Source: Candidatus Latescibacterota bacterium
GTDB taxonomy: Bacteria; Latescibacterota; UBA2968; UBA8231
Direction of reading: 5' to 3'
DNA: 64,000 nucleotides
NCBI GenBank assembly: GCA_965205655.1
Contig: CBDBIJ010000058.1
Coordinates: 64,001 to 128,000, forward strand
Translations under genes and position numbers: made by a program
Part shown: piece after piece, positions 45,130-54,847 of the stretch
Layout: the number at the start of each line of letters is the position of its first letter
Position numbering within the stretch: position 1 is the first letter of the stretch
Notes under the pieces: generated by a model
Database searches by the model: none
Told to the model about the DNA's origin: nothing
The model's input: only the letters and a program-made list of their open reading frames with translations

Positions 45130-46083
45130 TCATTGGGTTGCGCAGCGCGAATCGTCTTCTTTGCAAACCGGCACATACTCCCACTCCCATTCGCAAGGTG
45201 GAGATTCACCATGTGTGCATTCAGAGGTTGGATCTTCTATCTCCTTGCAAAATTTACTGAATCCATCTTCATTTTCATTTTCTGCCGAATGATATTCCTC
45301 GTGTGTTGCATTGTGGCCGCAAACTGCCGTAAACGGGTCATTGTATACCGAAATTGTGGTCTGGCCAGCCGAATTCCCGTCCACGGTATAAAAGTTCCAC
45401 TTTTTGCTGTGAAGAAATAGATCTCCGGGTTGATCTCCGGGGTATCTATCCCCGAAACAGTAGCAGTCTGTGGGACGAGGGTTTTGTGGTGGCGGCGACG
45501 GCGGAGGAGGAGGCGACGGCGGCCGCGGAGGTGGTGGTGGTGGGTCGGTCCCGCCATCAGACCCGTCGGTTGTCGTGCTGCCATCCCCAACCCCATCGTC
45601 CGTCGTGACTCCGTCGTCACCCTTCCCGTCACCGGTCGAGCCTGCGTCGTCGGTCTGTCCGTCGTCACGAGGCCCTCTGCCATCGTCGTCGCCCTTGCCG
45701 TCATCCGTGGTGACTCCGTCGTCACCCTTCCCGTCACCGGTCGAGCCTGCGTCGTCGGTCTGTCCGTCGTCACGAGGCCCTCTGCCATCGTCGTCGCCCT
45801 TGCCGTCATCCGTGGTGACTCCGTCGTCGACCGTCCCGTCATCCGTGGTGACTCCGTCATCGGCCCCGGTTCCGTCGGGTTCCGGGGGTTCTCGGCGCTC
45901 CCCGAAGTGGTCGGCGAAGATGAAAAAATCGTCGAAGTCGACCAGCCCGTCCCCATCCAGGTCGTACTTCGGGGCCACGGTTCCGAAGTGTGTCTTAAAG
46001 AGCCAGTAGTCCTCCCATCCGACCACCCAGTCCCCGTTGAAATCGGGAAATACCGACACTCCTGCCGCAAGCAAGAGCCACAT
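45130..46083 (-). CDS. Secreted dockerin-like protein with Asp/Gly/Thr and Pro linker and a Cys-rich HExxH C-terminal domain
   Basis: Short hydrophobic N-terminus; two EF-hand-like repeats (DFNGDWVVGWED, DLDGDGLVDFDD..FADHFG); HEEYH; 8 Cys. AAGGAG lies 6 nt upstream of ATG 46083. Confidence 0.75.
   Translation of the reverse strand: MWLLLAAGVSVFPDFNGDWVVGWEDYWLFKTHFGTVAPKYDLDGDGLVDFDDFFIFADHFGERREPPEPDGTGADDGVTTDDGTVDDGVTTDDGKGDDDGRGPRDDGQTDDAGSTGDGKGDDGVTTDDGKGDDDGRGPRDDGQTDDAGSTGDGKGDDGVTTDDGVGDGSTTTDGSDGGTDPPPPPPRPPSPPPPPSPPPQNPRPTDCYCFGDRYPGDQPGDLFLHSKKWNFYTVDGNSAGQTTISVYNDPFTAVCGHNATHEEYHSAENENEDGFSKFCKEIEDPTSECTHGESPPCEWEWEYVPVCKEDDSRCATQ
45605..45828. repeat. 105-bp tandem duplication (35-aa linker repeat)
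   Basis: Unit starts at 45605, 45710 and (partial) 45815; encodes DDGVTTDDGKGDDDGRGPRDDGQTDDAGSTGDGKG on the minus strand. Confidence 0.9.
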
Positions 46084-46394
46084 GTTCAACTCCTTCTTCC
46101 CCCGTAACCGTTCCCCTTCCCGGCCGATGGGACCGGAAGAGGGACGCAGGGAGTTGCGGTTACGGCGGTAGTTCGAGGTTGTACTTAATGGACTGCCGAA
46201 GGCTGCCGGGGGGAGAACCGCATGGCTTGCCAGCCTTCTCGGTGAAACCAGGGAGAGTACCGCGGGGAAAATACGGCACTAAAACATTATCTACAAATAC
46301 AGATACGACCAAAATCCCGCCCTTGAGTTTTCTGTAACCGTTCACGTCCCTGCGTGACGGGTGTGTTGTGGCGGGATCTGGTGGTGTTGTGGAT

Positions 46395-47861
46395 CTATGC
46401 GCGCGTGGACGCGGACTGCGGCAAGAGCGAAGGAGCGTGCCGGTGGTGCAGAGTAGCCTGACAGGCCTCCGTGAGGTAGTCGAGTACGTTGCGTTGCTGT
46501 TGGCGCAGCGTGTCGCGCACGGTGAGTATGCGCTCGACGAAGCGGCTGCCCGCAGGACTGTGGGTGCCGAAGCTGCCCTTGCGCCACAACACCCCGTGGC
46601 GCAGCGCTCGCTCGGCGGCGTTGTTCGTGGGCTCAACACCTTCCTTACGGACGAAGGTCCACAAGGCCGGTTCGATGGCGGCCAGGTTGGCGCAGGTCCT
46701 GGCGGTCTTCTGGTCGGCCAACAGCTCGCCTTGCCACAGCCTAAGACGGAACCGCAGTCGCAGGTCGCTGATGTAGGTCTGCAAGCTGGATCGCTCCAGC
46801 GTGCCGTCGCGAACGCGATGCCACCAGGAGAACATCTGGTGCGTGAACTCCAGCAGCTGCTGGCCGACCCAGGCCGCGTCGCCGCCTCGGTCGACGAACT
46901 TCTCGAAAGTGCGCTCCAGGTGCGACCAGCAGGCCTGGCGCTGCAACACGGGCAAGTAGCCGTAGGCCTTGTGGCGATCGGAGCCCACGATGGCGGTGGT
47001 GTCGTCTCCCAAGAGCTCACGGGCCACCTCGCTGTCGCGGCGCGAACGGATGGCAAATACGGTGACCAGATCGGTGGCCACGGTCCACAGCCAGGCGTTT
47101 TCGCGCGCTTCGCGCCAGCCGGTCTCATCGATATGCACCGCCGCTTGTTGCCGCACGTAGTCGCGTGCGTCTTCGACCGGAGCCGCCAGCGCCTCGGACA
47201 CATGCTGTTCCAACTGGCTGACCGAGCCGACGGCCAGATCGAGGCTGAACGCGTCGGCGAGCAGGGCGACGATGTTGCGCTTGCTCATCCGGTAGGCGCC
47301 CGACAACAGACCGATCCAGGCCTGCACACTCGGACCAAAGCGGCTGCGTGGCACCGACTCGGGCCAGTCGGCTTCGGTGAGCACGTCGCAGCCCGGACAG
47401 CGCAGGGTGTGCACCTGGTACTCGGTGACCTGAGGTCGTACCGGCGGGATCTCGAACACCTGGCGGCGCTGCGGATGGGGATCGTCGCCGCTCAAGGCGT
47501 GGCCGCACTGTCGGCACGCGGTGGGCTTGACCGGCACCAACGTGTCCACCTGCTCCACCGACAGCAGCGTTCGCCCATGCCCTTGGTGCCCGGGTTGTGC
47601 CCCTGGCGAGCGGCCCGACGGGCGCTTGCGGCGACTCGACGTCGAGGCGCCCGCCTCTTCGCTCTGGCCGGATGGCGGCGGCTTGTCGGACGGCGGCGAT
47701 CCATGACGACGGCGCCCGCCGCGCTGCAGCTCGGCCACCTGGCGTTCCAGCTGCTTCACTCGCTGCTGAACCTCCAACAGCGACATGACGAGGAGCTGCA
47801 CCGCCTTCGGCGTCTGCTGCCAATCGGCGTCGGAAACCGGAATGCCAGGAAGTTTCTCCAC
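46395..47861 (-). CDS. IS66 transposase TnpC (copy 2)
   Basis: Matches copy 1 except for the I>V and E>Q changes I could see. Confidence 0.95.
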   Translation of the reverse strand: MEKLPGIPVSDADWQQTPKAVQLLVMSLLEVQQRVKQLERQVAELQRGGRRRHGSPPSDKPPPSGQSEEAGASTSSRRKRPSGRSPGAQPGHQGHGRTLLSVEQVDTLVPVKPTACRQCGHALSGDDPHPQRRQVFEIPPVRPQVTEYQVHTLRCPGCDVLTEADWPESVPRSRFGPSVQAWIGLLSGAYRMSKRNIVALLADAFSLDLAVGSVSQLEQHVSEALAAPVEDARDYVRQQAAVHIDETGWREARENAWLWTVATDLVTVFAIRSRRDSEVARELLGDDTTAIVGSDRHKAYGYLPVLQRQACWSHLERTFEKFVDRGGDAAWVGQQLLEFTHQMFSWWHRVRDGTLERSSLQTYISDLRLRFRLRLWQGELLADQKTARTCANLAAIEPALWTFVRKEGVEPTNNAAERALRHGVLWRKGSFGTHSPAGSRFVERILTVRDTLRQQQRNVLDYLTEACQATLHHRHAPSLLPQSASTRA

Positions 47862-47902
47862 TGGGCTCCTCGGGTAGGTCAGCGTACAACCACTGTCCGA
47901 AG

Positions 47903-49568
47903 GTAAGCGTTCAGATCCCTGCGTGGTACGGGTAACAGAGAGCGGAAACCGGTGGGATTACCGCGAGACCGCGTTGTCTTGGGGCAGGAGCGAAGGTGCT
48001 GGCTGGTGGCAGAGGACGGCTTGACAAGCCGAGGTGAGATAGCCGAGAACGTCGCGCTCCTGTCGGCGCAGTGTGTCACGCACGGTGAGCATGCGCTCGA
48101 CGAAGCGACTCCCTTCGGGGCTATGGGTGCCGAAGCTGGTGAGGCGCCACAGGACCCCATGCCTGAGACCGCGCTCAGCGGCATTGTTCGTGGGCTCGAC
48201 GTCGCCGCCCTTGCGCGCGAAGGTCCACAGGGCCGACTCAATGGCGAGCAGATTGTCGCAGGTTGCGGCCGTCTTGGCGTCGGCGAACTGCTGCCCATAC
48301 CAGAGTTCGAAACGAACCCGGAAGCGCAGATGGCGACTGACGTAAGCCTGGAAGCTCGACAGTTGCAGGGTGCCATCGCGGATTCGATGCCACCAGGTGA
48401 ACAGCTTCTCCGCATACTGCAGCAGTGTCTCACCGACACGGGCCGCCTCGCCGCCGCGCGCCACGAAGTCCTCAAACGTGCGCCGCAGATGAGCCCAACA
48501 AACTTGGCGGCGAGACACCGGCAGATGGCCGTAGGCCGAGAAGCGATCGGAGCCAACGATCGCCGTGCTGTTGTCGCCCAGCAGCTCATCGACGACCTCC
48601 CGACCACGGCACCGGCGAATGGCGAATACCGAGACCCCGGCTGTGATCACCACCCACAGCCAAGCCCGGACGCGGCGCTCCCGCCAGCCGGTCTCGTCGA
48701 GGTTGACCGTCGGCTGCTGGCGAACGTAAGCCCGCGCGGCGTCGACAGGCTCGGCGATCCCCGCCGACACCTCTTGTTCCAGCTGGCTGACCGTGCCCGG
48801 GGACAGGTGCACGCCGAAGGCGTCGGACAAGAGCGCGACGATGTTGCGCTTGCTCAAGCGGTAGGCGCCCGACAGCAAGCCGACCCAGGCCTGCACACTG
48901 GGCCCGAAGGTGCGGCGCGACACCCCCTCCGGCCAGGGCGCTTCGGTCAGGATGTCGCAGTGCCGGCATCGCAGGGTGTGGAACTGATACTCGATGACCT
49001 GGGCTCGCACCGGAGGTATCACGACCTCCTGGTGACGCAGCGGATGAGGATCGTTGCCAGACAACGCCTGACCGCATCGGTGGCAGGTGCTCGGCTTGAT
49101 CGGCACCAACTCGTCCACCTGCTCCACCGGTACCAACGAGCGACCGTGGCCTTCGTGACCCGGCTGCCCGCCCGGCGAGCGACCCGAAGATCGCCGTTTG
49201 CCGGTGCGACGCGAGGCTTGAGAGGCCGACTCCGACGACGACGCCTGGGCGCTGCGACTGCCCCGTCCTTTTCGGCGCGCCAACTCCGTTTCCAGCGACG
49301 CGATCCTCGCGGCCTGTTGCTCCACCACCTGCTCGAGGTGCGCGCCGCGCTCCATGGCTTGCAGCAAGTTGACCACCAGCGCCTGCACCGCCGGCGGCGT
49401 GTGTCGCCAGTCGCTGTCCGAGATCGATGGAGGGGTTTCCTTCACGGCGTCGCCAGTACCCGTAGAAACGTGCGGACCAAACAACCGATCCCAAGATACC
49501 AGCGAACGCCCAAACAGAACAGTTCTTTCTCAAACCGCTGCTCCCAGCATGCGGGACTGAACGCTTAC
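47903..49568 (-). mobile_element. Second IS66-family element nested in copy 2
   Basis: GTAAGCGTTCAG inverted repeats; 8-bp target duplication GTCCGAAG (47895-47902, 49569-49576). Confidence 0.95.
47958..49484 (-). CDS. IS66 transposase TnpC (nested element; start may be GTG near 49445)
   Basis: GGQPGHEG, DETGW, CWAHL, PTNNAAERGLR. Confidence 0.93.
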   Translation of the reverse strand: MFGPHVSTGTGDAVKETPPSISDSDWRHTPPAVQALVVNLLQAMERGAHLEQVVEQQAARIASLETELARRKGRGSRSAQASSSESASQASRRTGKRRSSGRSPGGQPGHEGHGRSLVPVEQVDELVPIKPSTCHRCGQALSGNDPHPLRHQEVVIPPVRAQVIEYQFHTLRCRHCDILTEAPWPEGVSRRTFGPSVQAWVGLLSGAYRLSKRNIVALLSDAFGVHLSPGTVSQLEQEVSAGIAEPVDAARAYVRQQPTVNLDETGWRERRVRAWLWVVITAGVSVFAIRRCRGREVVDELLGDNSTAIVGSDRFSAYGHLPVSRRQVCWAHLRRTFEDFVARGGEAARVGETLLQYAEKLFTWWHRIRDGTLQLSSFQAYVSRHLRFRVRFELWYGQQFADAKTAATCDNLLAIESALWTFARKGGDVEPTNNAAERGLRHGVLWRLTSFGTHSPEGSRFVERMLTVRDTLRRQERDVLGYLTSACQAVLCHQPAPSLLPQDNAVSR

Positions 49569-49648
49569 GTCCGAAGATACCAGCAATCGCTGAATGAGAA
49601 CAGCTTTTTCTCACGTTACGGAGCACTCCTACGGGACTGAACGGTTAC

Positions 49649-50992
49649 CTTTCATTTCACCGTCGATGAATGGCACCCCCTCGATGACCTGGGTGATGAG
49701 CTTGTAGCCCCTGAGTCGGCGCCAGTGTTTCTCCGCATCGGTGGCCAGTTTGAATACCATGGTGAGAGCGGCTATACGTGAGCCGCACCCCTTCGTCTGG
49801 TGGGTTCGATGACGGACCGTGCTGAAGGTTGATTCGATGGGGTTGGTCGTGCGCAAATGCGCCCAGTGGTCGGCAGGGAAGTCGTAGAAAGTGAAGAGCA
49901 CATCCTCGTCTTTTCGCAGGCATTCACAAGCCTTGGGGTACTTGGCTTCGTAGAGGTCCAGAAAGCGCTGGTAGACTGCGAGGGCTTCCTTCTTGGTGGG
50001 CGATAGGTACATGTCGTGAAATCATCTGCTTGGCGTCCGGTTGCTGACCCTTTGGCAGCTTGTCCAACACATTGGCCGTCTTGTGCACCCAGCACTGCTG
50101 CTCCCGAGTGCGGGGATACGCTTCCCGCAGCGCCTTCCAGAAACCCAAGGCGCGATCTCCGACAGCGATGCAAGGACCCTCCGTCAGACCCCGGGCTTTG
50201 AGATCCTCAAGCAGGTGGGGCCACGACAGGGAGCTCTCTCGTTCGCCGTCCACCACGGCCAGCAGCTCCTTGCGTCCATCATGGGTGGCACCGACCACGA
50301 CCAGGACGCAAGGCCGGTCGGGTTGAAGACGCACGTTGAAGTAGATGCCGTCCACCCACACGTAGGCGTAGCGCTTGCCGCTCAGATCCCGCTGCCGCCA
50401 GGTGGCATACTCCTTTTCCCAGACCTGCTTGAGCCGCACGATGTTGGCCGGTGAAAGACCGGACACCTGGTCCCCCGGAATGGCCTTGAGCGCCTCTGGA
50501 AAGCTCGAGGTTGAAATGCCTTTGAGATACAGCGCTGGCACCAAGACGTCGATGCTGGGAGCTCGCCGGGCATACCGGGGTGGAATAGCGCTGGTGAACC
50601 CCGCTCCCTCTCGCCGGTCGTCTACCCGTGGCTGCCGCACCGGTACTTTGCCCACTCCGGTGACCAGTTGGCGTGGCGGATGGAAGCCGTTACGCACCAC
50701 CAGACGACGGCCGCGCGCGTCGCGCTCCCCTTGGTGCCGTTCGGTGTATTCAGCCACTTCCGTCTGCAGGGCCACCTCCAGCATCTGTCGAGCCCCTTCC
50801 CGGAGGAGTTTCTCCAGGTCAGACCGCAACTCGTTCCGGGCTATGCCCTCCACCTCAACTGCCGTATATTCTCGCATGAGCGTATCCTTTCTCCCTCCTT
50901 GCCGAGGGAGCTGTAGGTTGTTGTGGACTTATAAGGATACGCTCTCTTTTTTATCCTTCCACTACCCCATCCACGACTTTCGAATATACCTC
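49649..50992 (-). pseudogene. IS256-family element, frameshifted and 3'-truncated by IS66
   Basis: RNG..R, LYLKGIST, WVDGIY, CWVHKTAN (49924-50877) and RTTNPIESTF (49629-50012) lie in different frames; terminal GAGGTATATTCGAAAGTCGTG. Confidence 0.88.
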
Positions 50993-51018
50993 GTCAAGCG
51001 AAGGACGGTGACTTTTAA

Positions 51019-52284
51019 ATGGATAGAGTGAATTGCCCGATTCCGTTAGCTGAAACCCATATCGAAATCATTGGCGATAACCGAAACTTGGAACAGGTGC
51101 CAGCGAAGGTTGTGCTGAATCTATCGCCGGTACCGAGAGTGATCATTGACTTAACGCCTCATCTTGTATCGCTTGTGTATTTGAAGATACCGCACACCGT
51201 CGGTAGCCTACTAAAGATACGCACACCTTCGGGTGCAGAAATAGAGGTGTCAATCACTAAGTGGTCTATTAACGGTCGCTATTGGGTACGCTTGGTTCCC
51301 ACTCAAGAGCTAGTCACAGCTATCCGAACTAACGATAAGCTTCAGTCTGTAAAGTTCAACGTCATGAATTTTCCTGAATTCAATTGCAAGTTGAGTCCAG
51401 GTGACCAAACGTGTACGGTGCGGCTACAAACCTCGACATGGCGTATTGAAATTAAGGCAGTTCCTGAGACTTCCAAAGCGAAGAGGAGACTGGATAAAGA
51501 AAGCGGATACGGGATCACCCATGAGGGCACCATTCGACGGTCAGGTGGCAAATTGTTTTCCGTGGAGGAAGTTCAAGAGCTCCTATACGGACTGCATTTA
51601 TTTTTGTCATTTGCTCGAGGCGCGTCTTGCGGAGTGACACTTATATCTGGAAATGATAGGAACGGCGAGAAAGTTTGGGAACAATGGGGCGTCTATCCAA
51701 CATACTCCTGGTTTTCCGTGGCTTCGTGGTTAGATCCCATGAACGGCGAGGCGCTCTCGAAGGTATTTCCAGGATTTTGGAAGCGATTTGCAAAACAACC
51801 GACTGATGACACCGTCCGCGTGGCACTCTATTGGTATCTGTGTAGCAACGAGAGCAATGCCCTTGAGGCTGGTATTATCCACACGCAGGCGGCTCTTGAA
51901 CGTTTGACTCATGAAATTGTAGGCGAGAAAAAAGAAGACCAAACCGGCGTGTGGATTGGAAAGGCACTTAAAGCGGCAAGAATCGAGCCGAAGATACCTC
52001 AAGGCTGCAAAGCATTAGAGGCGTGTCGCGAGAGAGAGGGCTTCCACGACGTGTCACATACGCTGACAGCAATTCGTAATCACCTCATGCATCCGAAGAA
52101 GAGAAGCGGTATTTGCGTGGATGATTACTCCGAAGCATGGGATGTGGGCCAACGATACGTTGAGCTTCTATTGCTGAAGCTATTCGAGTTTGATGGACCA
52201 TGTATGAATCGACTAGGGAAATATGAAGGTAAGTTCGAATCAGAAGTTGTCCCTTGGGCACAGGATGTCGAAGACACGAAATGA
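51019..52284 (+). CDS. ApeA-like protein with C-terminal HEPN domain (putative defence RNase)
   Basis: Beta-rich N-terminus, FLSFARG, QAALERL, RxxxxH motif RNHLMH; AT-richer than the core genes. Confidence 0.7.
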   Translation: MDRVNCPIPLAETHIEIIGDNRNLEQVPAKVVLNLSPVPRVIIDLTPHLVSLVYLKIPHTVGSLLKIRTPSGAEIEVSITKWSINGRYWVRLVPTQELVTAIRTNDKLQSVKFNVMNFPEFNCKLSPGDQTCTVRLQTSTWRIEIKAVPETSKAKRRLDKESGYGITHEGTIRRSGGKLFSVEEVQELLYGLHLFLSFARGASCGVTLISGNDRNGEKVWEQWGVYPTYSWFSVASWLDPMNGEALSKVFPGFWKRFAKQPTDDTVRVALYWYLCSNESNALEAGIIHTQAALERLTHEIVGEKKEDQTGVWIGKALKAARIEPKIPQGCKALEACREREGFHDVSHTLTAIRNHLMHPKKRSGICVDDYSEAWDVGQRYVELLLLKLFEFDGPCMNRLGKYEGKFESEVVPWAQDVEDTK

Positions 52285-52475
52285 GCTATCGAGTCACGGA
52301 ATCCACCGGCGCGAAAACCGCCTTCGCCTTACTGGAGAGCCTTAACCGGACTCCGACTACTGGTGGGATAGCCTAGAATAGAAATCTCCAAGGGGCGGCT
52401 GACCCACGACCCAAGAAATCCCTTGAATGCCCCAGGGCATGACTGCGGCAAGGACAAGCCATGGAAAAATCGACA

Positions 52476-53393
52476 TGAGATCCCCCCGATTTCGTGGACA
52501 GTCTTCATCTTTGGTGAAGAAAGGAGTCCACAATGCCGTACACGAGCACCGTATCCAGAGGAATTCCGCCAGCAGATCGTGGAGTTGGTTCGATCAGGGC
52601 GCAGTCCGGGGGAGTTGGCCAAGGAATTTGAACCTTCGGATCAGACGATCCGCAACTGGGTTGCGCAGGCCGATCGAGACGGGGGGCGCCGTTCCGACGG
52701 CGTCACGAGTGAGGAGTTGGAGGAGCTCAAGCGGCTGCGTCGGGAGAATAAGCGTCTCCGGATAGAACGGGAGATTCTGGCAAAAGCCACGGCTCTGGTT
52801 CGCGCGAGGGGCCGATTCGGAGTCCGGGCGGTCTTCGAATTCGTGAAAGCGTACCGGGCCGAATTTCCGATCGCCACCATGTGCCGCGTACTGGGAGCCT
52901 CTCCCAGCGGGTACTACGCGTGGCGGAAGCGTCTGCCGTCGAAGAGAGAGCAGGAGGACGCGGTGCTCAAAGAGCGAATCGGGGAATTCCACAAAGCGTC
53001 CCGAGAGACGTACGGCTCTCCGAGGGTCCACGTCGACTTGGCCGAAGAGGGCACGCGGGTGAGCCGCAAGCGGGTGGCCCGACTGATGCAGGAGGCGGGC
53101 CTGCGAGGCGTGTGCCGCCGTCGCCGAGTACGCACGACGCAGCGTTCCGAGGACGGGCGCGTTGCTGAAGATCTCGTCGATCGAGACTTCAACGCCGAAG
53201 GTCCGGACGAGCTCTGGGTTGCCGACGTCACCTATGTTCCGACAGCGGCCGGGTTCCTGTTTCTGGCCGTCGAGTCGTGGGCTGGGCCATGGCCACGCAT
53301 TTGCGCACGGAGCTGGTGCTCGATGCGTTCGAGATGGCGCTTACGCAACGCAAAGCGGACGGCGTCATCCACCACTCGGATCGAGGCTGCCAG
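52476..53393 (+). pseudogene. Degenerate IS3-family element
   Basis: Left IR TGAGATCCCCCCGATTTCGTGGACA; orfA YPEEFRQQIVEL and orfB YGSPRV, WVADVTY, HHSDRG; frameshifts and an internal deletion. Confidence 0.88.
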
Positions 53394-53713
53394 GGTAGAT
53401 TCAAGTGGTTGTCGCAATATCTCAACAGCGAGGAGTTGCGATGGGATCGAGGAAGCGAAAGCGAGCGGCTGACCGTGCATGTCGGCCGCCGATGCAGTCG
53501 CCCGGTCGACCGCCTGGGTGGCGGCGCGAGCACAAACAGCGATTCTGGGACGCGGTCGGTCGCGGGTTGTCGAGTGAGGAAGCCGCCACGGTGGCTGGAT
53601 TGTCGCCTGCGGTTGGAGGCCGTTGGTTCCGTGAAGGAGGTGGGATGTCAACGGTCAGTACAGCTCCACTGTCGGGTCGCTATCTGTCGTTTGGCGAGCG
53701 GGAGGAAATCGCG
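53394..53713 (+). pseudogene. IS30-family 5' fragment
   Basis: End sequence GGTAGATTCAAGTGGTTGTCGCAA; ORF from 53441 with SPGRPP, RWFREGGGM, GRYLSFGEREEIA. Confidence 0.8.
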
Positions 53714-54618
53714 GTAGCCGCCGTGCAGATCCTGCCAACGGTGGAGCTCGTGCAGCTGTCGGGCCGCAGCGAAGGGCTCGGGTTCGAGGAGTTCGCGAAG
53801 ATGTCCCTGCCGCCCGAGAGATTGATCGCGTTCCTGGTGCCCAACGCCTTCGGCAACCCCTCAACGGGCACATATTGGGGGCGGGAAGCCGGATTCTTCA
53901 TTCAACTCTGCCCTTACTTCGGCGTCCTTCCCCTCGTGCTCGCATACCCCTGCCCATCCATCCGGACGTCGGGCGCAACCCCTGCCCTTACTTCGGCGTC
54001 CTTCCCCTCGTGCTCGCCCTCGTGGCGGTGCGCGAGCGTCGCGACGCCGTGACCACATTCTTCTGCTCGTTGTGTTGCGTCGCCCTCGCTCTCGCTCTCG
54101 GCAAGTACACGGGACTTACAGGGCTCCTCTATCAGGTGATTCCCGGGTGGAGTCTGTTCCGCATCCCCACCCGGTTCCTGGCCTGGATGGGACTGGGTGG
54201 CGCCGTGCTGGCCGGCCTCGGCATGGACTGCGTTGTTCGCGAGCGGAGAGAGAGCCCCCACTTCACGCGCGTGATACTCCTCGCACTGCTCGTCCCAGTC
54301 GCGATTCTGGTTCTTCTGAATCGGCAGCTTCTGTTTTCTGCATCCGACGCCTCTTCGATGTGGACGGCAGAGCACGCAGATCAACTGCTGCAGTATCGCG
54401 GCGAGCTCCTCGGCGATCTCATTCGATGTGGGCTGATGCTGAGTGCCGGGCTCGTTCTTCTCTGGCCACAGAGGTGTGCGGGGTGGCGACGGCCGGCGGT
54501 CACGTGGCTCGTTCCCGTTTTCATCTACGCCGACCTCTACAGTTTCGGGGCTGCCTTCAACTCACTGATTCCGACAGAGGTCTACACGAACAGTCCCAAA
54601 ACCGCCCAGTTCATATGA
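53714..54618 (+). pseudogene. Internal fragment of a YfhO-like GT-C membrane protein
   Basis: AAVQILPTVEL...SGR, YFGVLPLVLA, IPGWSLFRIPTRF, DLYSFG; frameshifted by a 74-bp insertion. Confidence 0.7.
53908..54017. repeat. 36-bp exact direct repeat separated by 38 bp
   Basis: CTGCCCTTACTTCGGCGTCCTTCCCCTCGTGCTCGC at 53908-53943 and 53982-54017. Confidence 0.9.
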
Positions 54619-54762
54619 ATTGTCGGGACACGACGACGAGGCACTGAAGCAGCTCAAAAAACTCATGGAAACCCTCAAGAAAGAACTGGTGCAAAAGGCC
54701 AAGGGTCACCAAGAGGACGAGAGATACCATCAATTCATAAAGTGTCCTCGGGCGGGAATTGC

Positions 54763-54787
54763 TGTCCACTAAACGGGGTCAAGTCCA
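54763..54787. repeat. Isolated IS3-type terminal inverted repeat
   Basis: TGTCCACTAAACGGGGTCAAGTCCA is the exact reverse complement of 56741-56765. Confidence 0.9.
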
Positions 54788-54847
54788 GTTCAATGCCGGC
54801 TCGTGGTTCGAGGGCGACCTCACTCACCGCACATATGAGGTACAGAC

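Larger units (their letters stand above)
46334..49648 (-). mobile_element. IS66 copy 2 (near-identical to copy 1, inverted) carrying a nested IS66
   Basis: Same inverted repeats and sequence as 42157-43797 apart from a few SNPs; interrupted at 47903-49568; flanks AGTTTTCT and CTTTCATT do not match. Confidence 0.93.

Noticed and set aside
45605..45828. CRISPR-like or non-coding repeat
   Set aside because: It is an in-frame 105-bp coding duplication with no spacers.
42157..49648. Composite transposon formed by the two inverted IS66 copies
   Set aside because: Copy 1 has its own target duplication and the outer flanks do not match, so the insertions are independent.
53908..54017. CRISPR array
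   Set aside because: Only two repeats, the repeat is protein-coding sequence, and no cas genes or leader are present. Kept only as a possible integration scar.
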